From NCBI RefSeq assembly GCF_900626095.1, contig NZ_UYZZ01000003.1:162889-202888 (forward strand): 40,000 bases of DNA, in the 5' to 3' direction. Numbering within the stretch: the first letter of the stretch is position 1; each line of letters begins with the position of its first letter. This stretch comes from Clostridium rectalis (GTDB lineage Bacteria; Bacillota; Clostridia; Clostridiales; Clostridiaceae). Positions 39,459 through 40,000 of the stretch are shown here, piece by piece. The notes beneath the pieces were generated by a model. That model was not told the DNA's origin and searched no databases. It worked only from the letters and a program-made list of their open reading frames with translations. Made by a program: the position numbers and the translations under genes.

Positions 39459-40000
39459 ATGGCACGCAAGATAAATTATAAAAAAAATGGTAAAGAGTAT
39501 TTTCGAGTTACTGTTTCAATTGGAAGAGATAGTAATGGTAAACTTATACGAAAAGAATTTTATGGCAAATCAAAAAAAGAAGCTGAAAATAAAAGAGACG
39601 AATATTTATCTGGAATAAAGAATGGCTTAAATATTGACTTTAGTAATTGCGAATTTGGCAAAACATTTTTTAATTGGCTTTTTGAAGTGATGAAAGTAAA
39701 AGTTAAACCTTCTTCTTTCCAAAAATATGAAGGCATCTATAGAAATTATCTAAAAGACACCCAAATATATGGAATAAAATTAAAAGAATTGAAAACTCTA
39801 CAATTGCAAAGACACTATAACAACCTATTTAAAAATGGCAAGAGTAGTAATTCTATAAAAACTTTAAATAAGCTATTAAAAACATTTTTTAATTATACAA
39901 TTGATGAAGGTTATATTCTAAAAAACCCATGTTTAAAAATAGCTATCCCTGGAGCAAATGAACTTAAACAAAAACATAAAGAGATAGAAATTTTTACAGA
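39459..40000 (+). CDS. int: Tyrosine site-specific integrase (N-terminal part; runs off the window end)
   Basis: My translation from ATG 39459: MARKINYKKNGKEYFRVTVSIGRDSNGKLIRKEFYGKSKKEAENKRDEYL...SSFQKYEGIYRNYLK...IKTLNKLLKTFFNYTIDEGYILKNPC. This is the typical arm-binding plus SAM-like N-domain. There is no stop in the window, so it is absent from the ORF track. Confidence 0.8.
   Translation, partial: MARKINYKKNGKEYFRVTVSIGRDSNGKLIRKEFYGKSKKEAENKRDEYLSGIKNGLNIDFSNCEFGKTFFNWLFEVMKVKVKPSSFQKYEGIYRNYLKDTQIYGIKLKELKTLQLQRHYNNLFKNGKSSNSIKTLNKLLKTFFNYTIDEGYILKNPCLKIAIPGANELKQKHKEIEIFT

Noticed and set aside
1-40000. A search for attL/attR core repeats, tRNA/rRNA genes, CRISPR arrays and IS/transposase genes.
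   Set aside because: None was seen. The integrase runs off the right edge and the lysin off the left edge, so the prophage ends and att sites are presumably outside the window.

Overview
Low-GC, Clostridium-like Firmicute DNA. The whole 40 kb window is one nearly complete temperate prophage with a PBSX/Xkd-type contractile tail, and almost all genes lie on the minus strand.

Gene order from right to left:
- Lysogeny: tyrosine integrase (+, runs off the window end); a short XRE cI-like repressor (+) with no peptidase domain; a three-operator divergent switch; a cro-like gene; an xis-like HTH gene.
- Antirepressors: one Bro-N/KilAC gene, and one ORF6N/ORF6C gene broken by an in-frame TAA.
- Recombination and replication: Gam-like plus ERF; a DnaD-type replication initiator with internal iteron-like repeats.
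- Other early genes: an AbrB-fold regulator; a MazG-like gene with an in-frame TAG; HNH nucleases; RusA; two orphan DNA-methyltransferase-like genes; a DUF1064 nuclease; an ArpU-type late regulator.
- Late genes: terS and PBSX-type terL; SPP1-type portal; MuF; scaffold; capsid; connectors; sheath; tube; a chaperone with a -1 frameshift; tape measure; XkdP-to-XkdU-like baseplate; two tandem fibre/XkdW/XkdX cassettes; and an XhlA/holin/amidase lysis cassette (the amidase runs off the window start).

Most interesting accessory content:
1. An island between MuF and the scaffold gene. It holds a MuF C-terminal His-rich extension with a coupled 82-aa candidate immunity gene, and a DUF2829 (Tad2-family-like) gene.
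2. Three autonomous cassettes with their own promoter, RBS and terminator: a lipoprotein between the tail chaperone and tape measure, a reverse-oriented 61-aa gene in the head-tail joining block, and a reverse-oriented 219-aa membrane-anchored protein in the early operon. All three are candidates for lysogen-expressed exclusion or defence.
3. Two copies of a 58-nt conserved hairpin element with a covarying closing pair, each directly upstream of a nuclease gene.

All family calls rest on motif recognition by eye. No database search, HMM or folding program was run.
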